Virus record (IMG/VR): IMGVR_UViG_2660238318_000012
Length of the DNA stretch: 16,061 bases
Reading direction: 5' to 3' (one strand)
Origin: a virus
Lineage: Duplodnaviria > Heunggongvirae > Uroviricota > Caudoviricetes
Shown here in pieces: positions 1 through 8,840 of the stretch. Position numbers and translations under genes: made by a program. Position 1 is the first letter of the stretch; the number at the start of each line of letters is the position of its first letter. The notes under the pieces are model-generated. The model did not search any database. It saw nothing but the letters and a program-made list of their open reading frames with translations, and was not told where the DNA came from.

Positions 1-1461
1 ATGAAAAAATTACTGCGTCTTTTTTTCCCGCTCTCGCTGCGGGTACGTTTTCTGTTGGCAACGGCAGCGGTAGTACTGGTGCTTTCGCTTGCCTACGGAA
101 TGGTCGCGCTGATCGGTTATAGCGTCAGTTTCGATAAAACTACGTTTCGGCTGTTACGTGGCGAGAGCAATCTGTTCTATACCCTTGCGCAGTGGGAAAA
201 CAATAAGTTGCATGTCGAGTTACCCGAAAATATCGACAAGCAAAGCCCCACCATGACGCTAATTTATGATGAGAACGGGCAGCTTTTATGGGCGCAACGT
301 GACGTGCCCTGGCTGATGAAAATGATCCAGCCTGACTGGCTGAAATCGAATGGTTTTCATGAAATTGAAGCGGATGTTAACGATACCAGCCTCTTGCTGA
401 GTGGAGATCATTCGATACAGCAACAGTTGCAGGAAGTGCGGGAAGATGATGACGACGCGGAGATGACCCACTCGGTGGCGGTAAACGTCTACCCGGCAAC
501 ATCGCGGATGCCAAAATTAACCATTGTGGTGGTGGATACCATTCCGGTGGAGCTAAAAAGTTCCTATATGGTCTGGAGCTGGTTTATCTATGTGCTCTCA
601 GCCAATCTGCTGTTAGTGATCCCGCTGCTGTGGGTCGCCGCCTGGTGGAGTTTACGCCCCATCGAAGCCCTGGCAAAAGAAGTCCGCGAACTGGAAGAAC
701 ATAACCGCGAATTGCTCAATCCAGCCACAACGCGAGAACTGACCAGTCTGGTACGAAACCTGAACCGATTGTTAAAAAGTGAACGCGAACGTTACGACAA
801 ATACCGTACGACGCTCACCGACCTGACCCATAGTCTGAAAACGCCACTGGCGGTGCTGCAAAGTACGCTGCGTTCTCTGCGTAGTGAAAAGATGAGCGTC
901 AGTGATGCTGAGCCGGTAATGCTGGAGCAAATCAGCCGCATTTCACAGCAAATTGGCTACTACCTGCATCGTGCCAGTATGCGCGGCGGGACATTGCTCA
1001 GCCGCGAGCTGCATCCGGTCGCCCCACTGCTGGACAATCTCACCTCAGCGCTGAACAAAGTGTATCAACGCAAAGGGGTCAATATCTCTCTCGATATTTC
1101 GCCAGAGATCAGCTTTGTCGGTGAGCAGAACGATTTTGTCGAGGTGATGGGCAACGTGCTGGATAATGCCTGTAAATATTGCCTCGAGTTTGTCGAAATT
1201 TCTGCAAGGCAAACCGACGAGCATCTCTATATTGTGGTCGAGGATGATGGCCCCGGTATTCCATTAAGCAAGCGAGAGGTCATTTTCGACCGTGGTCAAC
1301 GGGTTGATACTTTACGCCCTGGGCAAGGTGTAGGGCTGGCGGTAGCCCGCGAAATCACCGAGCAATATGAGGGTAAAATCGTCGCCGGAGAGAGCATGCT
1401 GGGCGGTGCGCGGATGGAGGTGATTTTTGGTCGCCAGCATTCTGCGCCGAAAGATGAATAA
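1..1461 (+). CDS. phoQ: Sensor histidine kinase PhoQ of the PhoPQ two-component system, complete 486 aa
   Basis: Full-length ORF with N-terminal transmembrane segment, periplasmic acidic patch ([15 protein letters not shown]), HAMP region, H-box ([12 protein letters not shown]) and ATPase G-boxes ([16 protein letters not shown]). Sequence recognised as E. coli PhoQ from memory; no search run. Confidence 0.97.
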   Translation: MKKLLRLFFPLSLRVRFLLATAAVVLVLSLAYGMVALIGYSVSFDKTTFRLLRGESNLFYTLAQWENNKLHVELPENIDKQSPTMTLIYDENGQLLWAQRDVPWLMKMIQPDWLKSNGFHEIEADVNDTSLLLSGDHSIQQQLQEVREDDDDAEMTHSVAVNVYPATSRMPKLTIVVVDTIPVELKSSYMVWSWFIYVLSANLLLVIPLLWVAAWWSLRPIEALAKEVRELEEHNRELLNPATTRELTSLVRNLNRLLKSERERYDKYRTTLTDLTHSLKTPLAVLQSTLRSLRSEKMSVSDAEPVMLEQISRISQQIGYYLHRASMRGGTLLSRELHPVAPLLDNLTSALNKVYQRKGVNISLDISPEISFVGEQNDFVEVMGNVLDNACKYCLEFVEISARQTDEHLYIVVEDDGPGIPLSKREVIFDRGQRVDTLRPGQGVGLAVAREITEQYEGKIVAGESMLGGARMEVIFGRQHSAPKDE

Positions 1462-1579
1462 ATATGTCCTTTTACCACTACATCAAGTCATTGATTCGAT
1501 CAAACAATTTTCATTGAAAAAGTGCCAAAAATCGCAAATTGACTACACCATTAACTACACCGTTCGGTGCACTGTATGA

Positions 1580-1605
1580 AACAACGTGGAACAAATAGAC
1601 ACAAG
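1580..1605 (+). repeat. Phased 10-bp AACAA repeat array (site A) at island left end; shares 15-mer AACAACGTGGAACAA with site B
   Basis: AACAA at 1580, 1590 and CACAA at 1600, exactly 10 bp apart; the 15-mer at 1580-1594 is identical to 9056-9070. Confidence 0.45.
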
Positions 1606-1973
1606 AAATATACAGGCGGGTAATCTTTCCAGGGGGAAGCGCACCAATTCATGAGGGGCGTTAATGTCGATATGGGGATCCCCATAACGGGGCTACCGGA
1701 TTTTTTTTCCGGTTAACCTTTAATCAGGCTGGTGGGTTTTACATACCCTTGATCACCGTAATGATGATCCAGATGTGCACCTTTTCCACCAATGGCGGAA
1801 AAGCTCCAACCGTAACGATGATCGCTATGGTTGCCTCGATGGTCTGCGTGGTCATTATGACCGTTCAGCCAGTGACCTTAATCAGAATTTTTCGCTAAAA
1901 AATGACGTTGGCCACGTCATCCGGAAAGCACAAAATCACGTCGATTTTTAATGAACGGTTAAACCGTCTTTTT

Positions 1974-2008
1974 GTCACGGTGTGTCACTGGTTGTCACTC
2001 TCCGTCAC
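1974..2008 (+). repeat. Four GTCAC repeats at exact 10-bp phasing; candidate arm-type recombinase or excisionase binding array
   Basis: GTCAC at 1974, 1984, 1994, 2004; adjacent palindromes ACGGTT-A-AACCGT (1955-1967) and ATGACGT-N5-ACGTCAT (1902-1920). Confidence 0.4.
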
Positions 2009-2257
2009 GATTGAGGTGGTGGTCATTCTGCCCGACCGCGCATCTTTGCGCTATCGGGAATATCAAACAGTTACCTCGCCGACTTCCTCAAATTGAGGTT
2101 TCCGAAAATATCAGAGCGGGTTAGCGATTAAGCTGACGAGTAATTAAACTGCGAAAATTTCGTAGTTTCTGAATATATTCCGGCCTGCTGGTTAACAGTC
2201 CTCAGATGTGAGGGATGTAGCCAGCGCAATTTTGCGCTTTGCTTTAATCTCAGTGAG

Positions 2258-2539
2258 TTACCGCCGTAACCGCTCCGGCTTCTTCCAGTGGTACGTGATT
2301 TTCTCCTTCTCCCGATACAGTTCAACGCGGCGATTGTAGGCCAGCATTTCCAGAACGCGGATCCGTATGTCGCGCATATCCGCATCATTAAGCTGGATAC
2401 CATCACGGCGCATCACCTCAGCAACAACACGCGCATAATTTTCGGCTGTCACGCTGTCCGGCTGCGTGGTCTGTTCGTCAGCCTGCTGGCTGATTCCAGA
2501 GACGCGGCGGATTAATCGCAGTATTTCGGCTTCTGTCAT
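2258..2539 (-). CDS. Hypothetical protein, 93 aa, last gene of the packaging operon
   Basis: ORF with GAGG Shine-Dalgarno about 9 nt upstream of ATG, starting 13 nt after terL stop; charged, protein-like composition; no recognisable domain. Confidence 0.55.
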   Translation of the reverse strand: MTEAEILRLIRRVSGISQQADEQTTQPDSVTAENYARVVAEVMRRDGIQLNDADMRDIRIRVLEMLAYNRRVELYREKEKITYHWKKPERLRR

Positions 2540-2552
2540 GCTGCTGACCTCA

Positions 2553-4214
2553 TTACACCCCGCTAAATTCTTCCAGTTTCTGGCGGTGGCTGTCGCTTAT
2601 ATCAAAAGCAAAATCCTCATGCTCTGCCTGGAATGTACCAAACGCCATCAGCGCCGCTACGCTCGGGTCTATCTTGTTCGGTGATTTTTTCTTGTTCGGC
2701 TTGATATTGGCGTTCGCGTCACTCTGCATCACGACGTTACTCATCGACCAGGACAACACCGGATCGCCACGATGCACAATCACCCTGCGGTTAACAAAAA
2801 CTTCGAACGATTTCGCCGCCGGACTGAATCTGAGGTAGGTTTGCGGGAACGGCTCCACCTCAAAACCAGCCCCCTGTAATTGCGTCCTGAGATGCGTGGC
2901 GTTCCACGTATCAAAGCCCACCAGCCTGATATTAAATTTCTCCGCATCCTGCATGATGTCATCTCTGATCCGGTCGTAATCAATGCAGTCACCTGGCGTT
3001 GTGCGTATCCAGCCCGCTTTAGCCCACTGGCGATAGACAGCGCGGTTTTTATTGGCGGGGTTCTGTAGCTGGAACTCCGGCAGATAATGACGGGAAATCA
3101 GCATAATGGTTTTACCGACCGGAAAGGCATAGCATACGCTGGAAATATCGCTGGTTGATGATAAGTCCAGCCCCGCGTAACACTCCTGACCGTGTAAATC
3201 TTCCTCCGTGAACGTTCCGGCACACTCAGCCCATGCACCATTACCCATCCACGGGGTAGTCCCCTGACACCAGATATTAAATCGCTTTGTCATCATCTCC
3301 ACCCACTGCGACGGAATACCCCGCGCTTTCTGGATGGTTGAGGCCAGTTTTTCACGATCCACGGAAACATCAATATTAGGGTTCGCCTTTATCCACATCG
3401 CCGGATCATCAACCTCGTTTTCGTCGTCCAGTTCGTAAATCAGTACAAAAATTGAATCGTTAACCTCTTCGCCGTCCAGGATCTGGCAGCAATAATCATA
3501 GTGCTGTTTACAGGCTGAAACGACGTTACTGCCCGATGTGGTAATGGCAAATAACAGCCCTTCGGGACGTGCGCCCATCCCCAGCTCAAGCGCGGAATAA
3601 ACGCCGTTATCGGGGTGTAGGTGGTATTCGTCCACGATGGAAAGACTGGGGTTTGTCCCCTCGATGGTTGCCGCTTTTGCTGCCAGCGGCTTTAACAGGC
3701 TGTTGCTTTTCGGGTGTATCACCTTATGCGCCTGAATATTCACCCGCCTGCGTAACGGTCGGGATAAAAGGCACATCTGACGCGCATTATCAAACACGAT
3801 CCGCGCCTGGTCACGGCTCACCGCTGCGGTGTAGATATCCTGCTGACCGTTCTCCATAATCAGAAACCAGTTAGCCAGAATCGCGGCGGTCGTGGATTTC
3901 GCATTTTTGCGCGGCACTTCGATAAAGGCGCTCGTGTATTTGCGCCGTCCGGTGGCCTTAACCTTAAAGCCGAGGATGCACGCAAAGGCGAACTGCTGCC
4001 ACGGCTCCAGCTCAATGGGTCTGCCACGCATCGGTCCTTTTACGTGCGGGCACACCCTGGAAAAGGCAATAAACCGCTCCACAACCTCACGATCGAACGT
4101 GTAAAGGGGGCTTTTAAGGTCCGAAAAGTACCGTTTAACAGCCTGTTTTAACCGTTTACAGGCCGGAATTTTGCCCGTTTTTACGTCTTCTGCGTACTTA
4201 TTCCAGGCGGTCAA
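2553..4214 (-). CDS. terL: Terminase large subunit, 553 aa
   Basis: Walker A-like VPRKNAKST near the N-terminus, ATPase then nuclease domain layout typical of Terminase_1 family; 5' end overlaps terS by 17 nt. Confidence 0.95.
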   Translation of the reverse strand: MTAWNKYAEDVKTGKIPACKRLKQAVKRYFSDLKSPLYTFDREVVERFIAFSRVCPHVKGPMRGRPIELEPWQQFAFACILGFKVKATGRRKYTSAFIEVPRKNAKSTTAAILANWFLIMENGQQDIYTAAVSRDQARIVFDNARQMCLLSRPLRRRVNIQAHKVIHPKSNSLLKPLAAKAATIEGTNPSLSIVDEYHLHPDNGVYSALELGMGARPEGLLFAITTSGSNVVSACKQHYDYCCQILDGEEVNDSIFVLIYELDDENEVDDPAMWIKANPNIDVSVDREKLASTIQKARGIPSQWVEMMTKRFNIWCQGTTPWMGNGAWAECAGTFTEEDLHGQECYAGLDLSSTSDISSVCYAFPVGKTIMLISRHYLPEFQLQNPANKNRAVYRQWAKAGWIRTTPGDCIDYDRIRDDIMQDAEKFNIRLVGFDTWNATHLRTQLQGAGFEVEPFPQTYLRFSPAAKSFEVFVNRRVIVHRGDPVLSWSMSNVVMQSDANANIKPNKKKSPNKIDPSVAALMAFGTFQAEHEDFAFDISDSHRQKLEEFSGV

Positions 4215-4509
4215 GCTCGTCCTCTTCTTCTGTTTCCGGTGGATTTTTACGGCGGCTTATCGGGTCAAAACCGAGCAAGGAGGCCATTTTTATCATCACT
4301 CTTTCAGCGTCGGATTTTGCGCTTAATGCGGGGTTTCTGCTCTCGCCGCCCTGACTGTTAACAATGCTGAACCCGCGCGCCGCAAGGTCTGCAACGGCTT
4401 TCCGGTAAATGGAGTAGTTGACGCAATACAGTTCCAGATTGCTCCAGTCGGCGGGGGTCAGGTCTCCCCGTTCCGCAAGCTGCCGCGATTTTTCCCGCCA
4501 CTGCTTCAC
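4198..4509 (-). CDS. terS: Terminase small subunit, P27 family; annotated GTG start probably truncated by a frameshift (true start likely ATG near 4570)
   Basis: Core resembles P27-family TerS. The conserved N-terminal motif KPDPAYLDDIAVKQW lies in frame upstream of the GTG but is cut by TGA; an ATG with GAGG RBS sits in the -1 frame across a G6 tract. Confidence 0.8.
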   Translation of the reverse strand: MKQWREKSRQLAERGDLTPADWSNLELYCVNYSIYRKAVADLAARGFSIVNSQGGESRNPALSAKSDAERVMIKMASLLGFDPISRRKNPPETEEEDELDRLE

Positions 4510-4745
4510 GGCGATATCATCCAGGTAGGCGGGGTCGGGTTTGTCCTGAAAACGCCCCCCACCCCGTCATACAGCCTCATCAGCGATTGCGGAAACATTC
4601 CATAACCTCGCGGTCACGGTCGGTTAATCGCTTCGCTGTGATGCGTTCTGCGCGTCCTGACGCTTTATCTTTATGCCCTGTTTCCTGTGTCTTCCATGCG
4701 TCACGCTGCCTTATAAGTCCACGGATAAGGCGGTTTTGTTCCCGC

Positions 4746-5186
4746 TCATTCATCAGCGTCATACATCCAGTTATTGCGGTTAGCAGCCCGTTCTTCCTCT
4801 TCACGAAATCCACCTGCGGCACGCTTGCTTTTTGTTGCCGGATCAAGCCATTTCGTTTTCTGGTTATGACACGCCTGGCACAATGGTTGATGGTTCCATT
4901 CGGGCCAGAAGAGAACATCATCACCGCCATTAATCGGGATAATGTGATCCACCACCACGGCGGGCGTATATATCCCCTTCTCAAGGCATCGCACGCATAA
5001 CGGGTTTTTACTCAGATACATGGCGCGGTATTTGTCCCACTGTCTGGAATATCCACGCGCGCGGCGGTGTCCTCGTCTGGCATCCTCTGCACGCCATGCC
5101 GCCCGCCTGTGCTCCTCACACTTGCCGGATTTAACGCGCCTGTTACAGCCTGGTTCTGTGCATCGTCTTAATGGTTGCCACGGCAT
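4746..5186 (-). CDS. HNH endonuclease associated with cos-type terminase, 146 aa
   Basis: Cys-rich N-terminus (CTEPGCNRRVKSGKCEEH), HNH core (VDHIIPINGG ... NHQPLCQACHNQK); located immediately upstream of terS as in HK97-like packaging modules. Confidence 0.9.
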   Translation of the reverse strand: MPWQPLRRCTEPGCNRRVKSGKCEEHRRAAWRAEDARRGHRRARGYSRQWDKYRAMYLSKNPLCVRCLEKGIYTPAVVVDHIIPINGGDDVLFWPEWNHQPLCQACHNQKTKWLDPATKSKRAAGGFREEEERAANRNNWMYDADE

Positions 5187-5482
5187 CAGTACCCCCCCAC
5201 ATCACGGTAAGCCGTCCAGAGTGCGCCTATCGTCATGGGTACGCGTGTTTTTGCGTTATCCGCGACAATCTGGCGATTTTCATACAGGTGAGCGATAAAC
5301 ATCATGCAGCCAATCTTTATGGCTGGCGTGAACGCCAGCCCGTCATCAAAGCGCCTGCCTATGTGTATCTGGCACGCCTCAAGCGATGCGGCAATGTATC
5401 CGCTGATTAACTGGTCTTCATCGTCGCCATCGATGCGGCAATGGAGTTTCACTTCTTCCAGGGTGATAAGTTCTTCTGTCAT
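5186..5482 (-). CDS. Head-tail connector protein, gp6-like, 98 aa
   Basis: N-terminal LTLEEVKLHCRIDGDDEDQLISGYIAAS matches the gp6-like connector signature; start and stop overlap neighbouring genes. Confidence 0.75.
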   Translation of the reverse strand: MTEELITLEEVKLHCRIDGDDEDQLISGYIAASLEACQIHIGRRFDDGLAFTPAIKIGCMMFIAHLYENRQIVADNAKTRVPMTIGALWTAYRDVGGY

Positions 5483-5817
5483 TTTTCCGCGCCCTCACGA
5501 CAAAGAATTTCAAGGCGTGTCCTGGCGGCATCCGGCAGCGGCTGCCCGATGATATTCAGTACACGCCCCGCCAGCGGCCCCGTACTGACCTTTATCCGGC
5601 TGGTGGCGTTGATGTCCTTCCGGTACCGTATCCAGATCCTTACGGTACCAATCGCCAGCTCTGCGCCCGATGAAATGGCCTCCTTGCTGCTGACCATGTT
5701 CACGCTTGCCCAGAGTGTGTGACCGTCCTCCCACGTTTCGAGTATTTCGCCGGTTATATCCCTGGTCTGTTTCAGGGTCTGAATCGTTATCCTGTCACGC
5801 AGTCGCCCTATGTTCAT
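5479..5817 (-). CDS. Head closure / head-tail adaptor protein, 112 aa from the ATGA-overlap start; longest ORF starts at 5859
   Basis: MNIGRLRDRITIQ ... RIWIRYRKDI motif typical of phage head closure proteins; ATG at 5815-5817 overlaps portal stop. Confidence 0.75.
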   Translation of the reverse strand: MNIGRLRDRITIQTLKQTRDITGEILETWEDGHTLWASVNMVSSKEAISSGAELAIGTVRIWIRYRKDINATSRIKVSTGPLAGRVLNIIGQPLPDAARTRLEILCREGAEK

Positions 5818-7069
5818 TCCGGTTTTTCTCCCTCGCTGATTTTTACTTCCTGTTTCCATGCCTGGCTGAACTCATCACCACCATCACGCGGTGACAGCCC
5901 TTCACGTTCGCGGGCTTCGTTCGGACACATAACGTCGGATTTTATGCCGCGCTCATAGGTGGCAAAGCGTTCGCCAGGTGTGGCCCGTAACAGGTCCGCG
6001 CTGTCAAACTCCACCTGATACCGGATACCAGGTACAGGCGAGGCCACCAGCAAGGCGTTTTTTATCTGCTGCTCAAAGTTCGCCAGCCACGGGCGCATCG
6101 TCATGNNNNNNNNNNNNNNNNNNNNNNNNNNNNNNNNNNNNNNNNNNNNNNNNNNNNNNNNNNNNNNNNNNNNNNNNNNNNNNNNNNNNNNNTGTTGCTG
6201 TATTCCTGCAAAAAAATCGGCGAGACGTTGAACATTCGGGCGATGTCTTCAATGGTGAAGCGACGGGAGGCCAGCCATTCGGCATCCTGATTACTCATGC
6301 CCAGCTGCTGATAGCTCATCCCCCCTTCAAGGATGGGCGTTTTTCCGGCGTTTCTGGCCCCTTTGTAGCGTTCCAGTGCGGCTAATGCCTGTTTGCCCCT
6401 CACGCCGTCCAGCCATTCGCCTGACGTGATAACCCCTGCCGCCATCATGCCATCACGCATCACGCTCGCGCCGTGGCGTTGTTGGGCCAGCCCAAGCCCC
6501 AGCGATTCGCGGCAGATGGTTACAGGTGAGCGCCCCATAAAACCGTCATCCGTGGAGTAACGAAGGTGGAGAACCTCCCACGGTAAATAGTTGCGGATGT
6601 TTCCGGTGTAGGCGTCAGTGATGCAGTAGCGCCAGTTATGATCACCTGTCTGCTCCACGTTCACCGACTGCGGCGGGTAAGGATGTAAAGCCGCCGGAAA
6701 ACCATCACGCCCCCACTGAATAACCGCATAAGCATTACCACTTAACAGGCAGTAGCGGATCATCATTCGCTTAAACTGGTAGGGTGTCTGCCACGCGTTC
6801 GGGCGCTCGTTGAGGATGTGATCGACCGGATGAGAATCAAGCCATTCGCGGGCCTCCTTCCCCTTCTCATTGCGTACCAGGTACAGGTAACACGGCATGG
6901 TAGCCACCGCGTCAGAGATGACCGTGACGGCGTTCATGACGGCGGGGAGTGATTCCGCTGTCCCAGATGATACGTACTCACCCGCCCCCGTGTTCGATGT
7001 GCCGGCCAGCGCCATAAATTCATCAAGCGTCATGCTGCGCTGCTCTTTTTTTCGTCTGAAAGGCCACAT
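5814..7069 (-). CDS. Portal protein, HK97 family, interrupted by an assembly gap (N run 6106-6192)
   Basis: N-terminal 322-aa ORF (6101-7069) and C-terminal 96-aa ORF (5814-6104) both read as portal sequence; frame across the gap is undefined. Confidence 0.85.
6106..6192. other. Assembly gap, 87 N
   Basis: Run of n characters directly visible in the sequence. Confidence 0.99.
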
Positions 7070-7070
7070 A

Positions 7071-7643
7071 TCACACCCCCGCTAAATCCGCCCACCAGCG
7101 GCGATTATCCGCACGCGGCATTTTTTCGGGGTGCTGCTCATACAGGGAACGGCGGGCCAGCTCCACGCCGGAATCGGGGTAAGCCGGTACCGATGTAACG
7201 GTAATTTCGTACAGTTCCGCCACCAGCACGGTGCGCACGCATGGATCTGTTGTGGTATCCCATACATCCTTACGGGAGCGAAAGCCAAAGCTCATCCCCG
7301 AGATGTCCCCACGCTTAACCAGTTCGATAACGTCGCGCCCTGTACTGGTATCCGGTGGGGTCAGTTCAAAGCGTAACCCTGTTTCGTCCTCTTCCAGTTT
7401 CAGCGTGCCGGAACGGGTGCGCCCCAGTAACATGCTGTGGTCATGCTCATACAGGCCGCGAACGTCATTACCCGCCGCAAGCCATTCAGTAAACGCCCCC
7501 CGCTGGAATTTTTCGTAAAACTCACCCCATAACAGTTCTGAAAGCTTATCCCAGCGAACAACGTAGCCCGTCAGCGTACCGGCTCCGCTGGTGGTGATTT
7601 CCGATGACCGGATTTCCATACTCTTCATAATTTTTTCACCCAT
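7071..7643 (-). CDS. Prohead maturation protease, HK97 family, 190 aa
   Basis: GLYEHD motif and overall HK97-protease-like layout; positioned between capsid and portal genes. Confidence 0.9.
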   Translation of the reverse strand: MGEKIMKSMEIRSSEITTSGAGTLTGYVVRWDKLSELLWGEFYEKFQRGAFTEWLAAGNDVRGLYEHDHSMLLGRTRSGTLKLEEDETGLRFELTPPDTSTGRDVIELVKRGDISGMSFGFRSRKDVWDTTTDPCVRTVLVAELYEITVTSVPAYPDSGVELARRSLYEQHPEKMPRADNRRWWADLAGV

Positions 7644-7652
7644 AAAACACTA

Positions 7653-7672
7653 AAGGGGCTTTTTAGCCCCTT
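7653..7672 (-). terminator. Intergenic hairpin between capsid and protease genes; candidate partial terminator or attenuator
   Basis: Perfect 8-bp stem AAGGGGCT/AGCCCCTT with TTTT loop, followed on the minus strand by UAGUGUUUU; 10 nt after capsid stop. Confidence 0.4.
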
Positions 7673-7682
7673 CTGTATGCTG

Positions 7683-8012
7683 TTAATCGTCGTCTTCCGG
7701 CAGTGCCAGAATCTTGATCGCGTTCGAATCCACCACGCCACCGCCTAAATATTTTTGCGTGAAAATTTTGATGAATCCTGGTTCTGTCAGGTTGTCCGGT
7801 CTGGTGCGAACACCTGTTTCGTGATCAACAATGTAGTAACCGCGTTTGAAGTCACCCAGGGCAATAACGTTATCAGGCATAAACTCCAGATATTCGACCG
7901 GAAGGCCCAGCAACGTATCAGGATCACCCGCCTGTAAACGGTCGCGCCAGATATAATCACCGTTCGCGTTCTTCACCTTCTGAAGTTTTGCCGCCGTCGT
8001 GGAGTTAACCAC
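7683..8012 (-). CDS. Major capsid protein, C-terminal 109-aa fragment; in frame with and directly after a TGA that ends the upstream fragment
   Basis: Contains HK97-fold C-terminal consensus (ALGDFKRGYYIVDHETGVRTRP ... GGGVVDSNAIKILAL); the ORF track places it in the same frame as 8013-8888, starting immediately after its stop. Confidence 0.8.
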   Translation of the reverse strand: MVNSTTAAKLQKVKNANGDYIWRDRLQAGDPDTLLGLPVEYLEFMPDNVIALGDFKRGYYIVDHETGVRTRPDNLTEPGFIKIFTQKYLGGGVVDSNAIKILALPEDDD

Positions 8013-8840
8013 TCAGACCGCGTTTTTGCGGTATTTTTTACGTAATGCAAATTTCAGGTCGATCAGCGGGTCCGCAGATGTCCACGCCAGAGATTCGGAA
8101 GGTTTAATTACCTGCAACGTACCAAAATCACGCTCTTTGTCGTTCTTCTCTGCACGGGGTACGGATAAAAAACCTTTTGCTTTTTTGTCACCGTCGCCCA
8201 CAACCAGATCGCTTTCTTCGGTTTCCGTGAAGGTGTCGCCAATCTCACCCGTCAGCCATGAAAGGATGTCCACATCGGAAAAATCCACGATTTCCTGTGT
8301 GGTGCGCGGGTACGCATAGACCGGATACAGCTTAATGCTCACCTCGTTAATCTGCGGGGTGCTGGTCTGTTCGCGTGCCTTACCCTCTTCACCGTGGTTA
8401 ACGGTCGCACCGCCAGCGGAAACAAGCTGCTTAAACTCGTTGCTGCTGATTTTCTTCACGGTACAGATGCGACGCATGGTGGATTCATCCGCCAGCATTC
8501 GCATGATTTCGGTGTTCAGTTCAGGGATAACGGTATAACCACCATCAGCGGGAACGCCTGTACTTAATGCGCGGGTTTCACCGGTCAGAATGTAGTTACG
8601 TAGTTCTGCGGGGTCAGTGGTCTGGCTGCTTTTACCTGGCTTGCTGCGCTCTTCGTCTGCAATGGCTTCAAGGCGGGAAATGTCTTTATCGAGGGATTCA
8701 GCTTTAGCGCGTAATTCGTCAAATTTTGCGCCCTCAGCATCGTTAAGACTGCGGTTTTCTTTTTCAGCGTTCTCCAGCATGTCGCGCATCTGATTTTTAA
8801 TGGCGGTTTTCTGCTGGCGTAATTCGATTATTCTCTGCAT
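8013..8840 (-). CDS. Major capsid protein, HK97 fold, N-terminal fragment with coiled-coil delta/scaffold domain; ends at in-frame TGA. Longest ORF begins at GTG 8888
   Basis: ATG at 8838-8840 has AGGA RBS; coiled-coil N-terminus (MQRIIELRQQKTAIKNQMRDMLENAEKENRSL ...) then capsid body. Fragments sum to about 384 aa, the size of an HK97-type capsid protein. Confidence 0.8.
   Translation of the reverse strand: MQRIIELRQQKTAIKNQMRDMLENAEKENRSLNDAEGAKFDELRAKAESLDKDISRLEAIADEERSKPGKSSQTTDPAELRNYILTGETRALSTGVPADGGYTVIPELNTEIMRMLADESTMRRICTVKKISSNEFKQLVSAGGATVNHGEEGKAREQTSTPQINEVSIKLYPVYAYPRTTQEIVDFSDVDILSWLTGEIGDTFTETEESDLVVGDGDKKAKGFLSVPRAEKNDKERDFGTLQVIKPSESLAWTSADPLIDLKFALRKKYRKNAV

Noticed and set aside
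1902-2096. 64-aa plus-strand ORF
   Set aside because: Its codons are laid over the phased GTCAC repeat array and palindromes, with no RBS; the region looks regulatory rather than coding.
2128-2406. 92-aa minus-strand ORF and 75-aa plus-strand ORF at 2288-2515
   Set aside because: Both overlap the better-supported 93-aa gene (2258-2539) in other frames and lack an RBS.
2553-4214. Antisense and alternative-frame ORFs inside terL (2780-2992, 2880-3068, 3569-3859, 3892-4104), and likewise inside primase (10746-11471, 11493-11717, 11719-11931, 11783-12337, 11989-12231) and phoQ (286-471, 1296-1478)
   Set aside because: All are embedded in strongly supported genes and have atypical composition; typical shadow ORFs.
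4580-4984. 134-aa minus-strand ORF overlapping the HNH gene
   Set aside because: About 80 percent of it overlaps HNH in another frame; only the 3' tail beyond the HNH stop could be real, and that is reported as a low-confidence possibility.
5978-6385. 135-aa plus-strand ORF spanning the N gap
   Set aside because: Thirty of its residues are X from the gap and it is antisense to the portal gene; an artefact of the gap.
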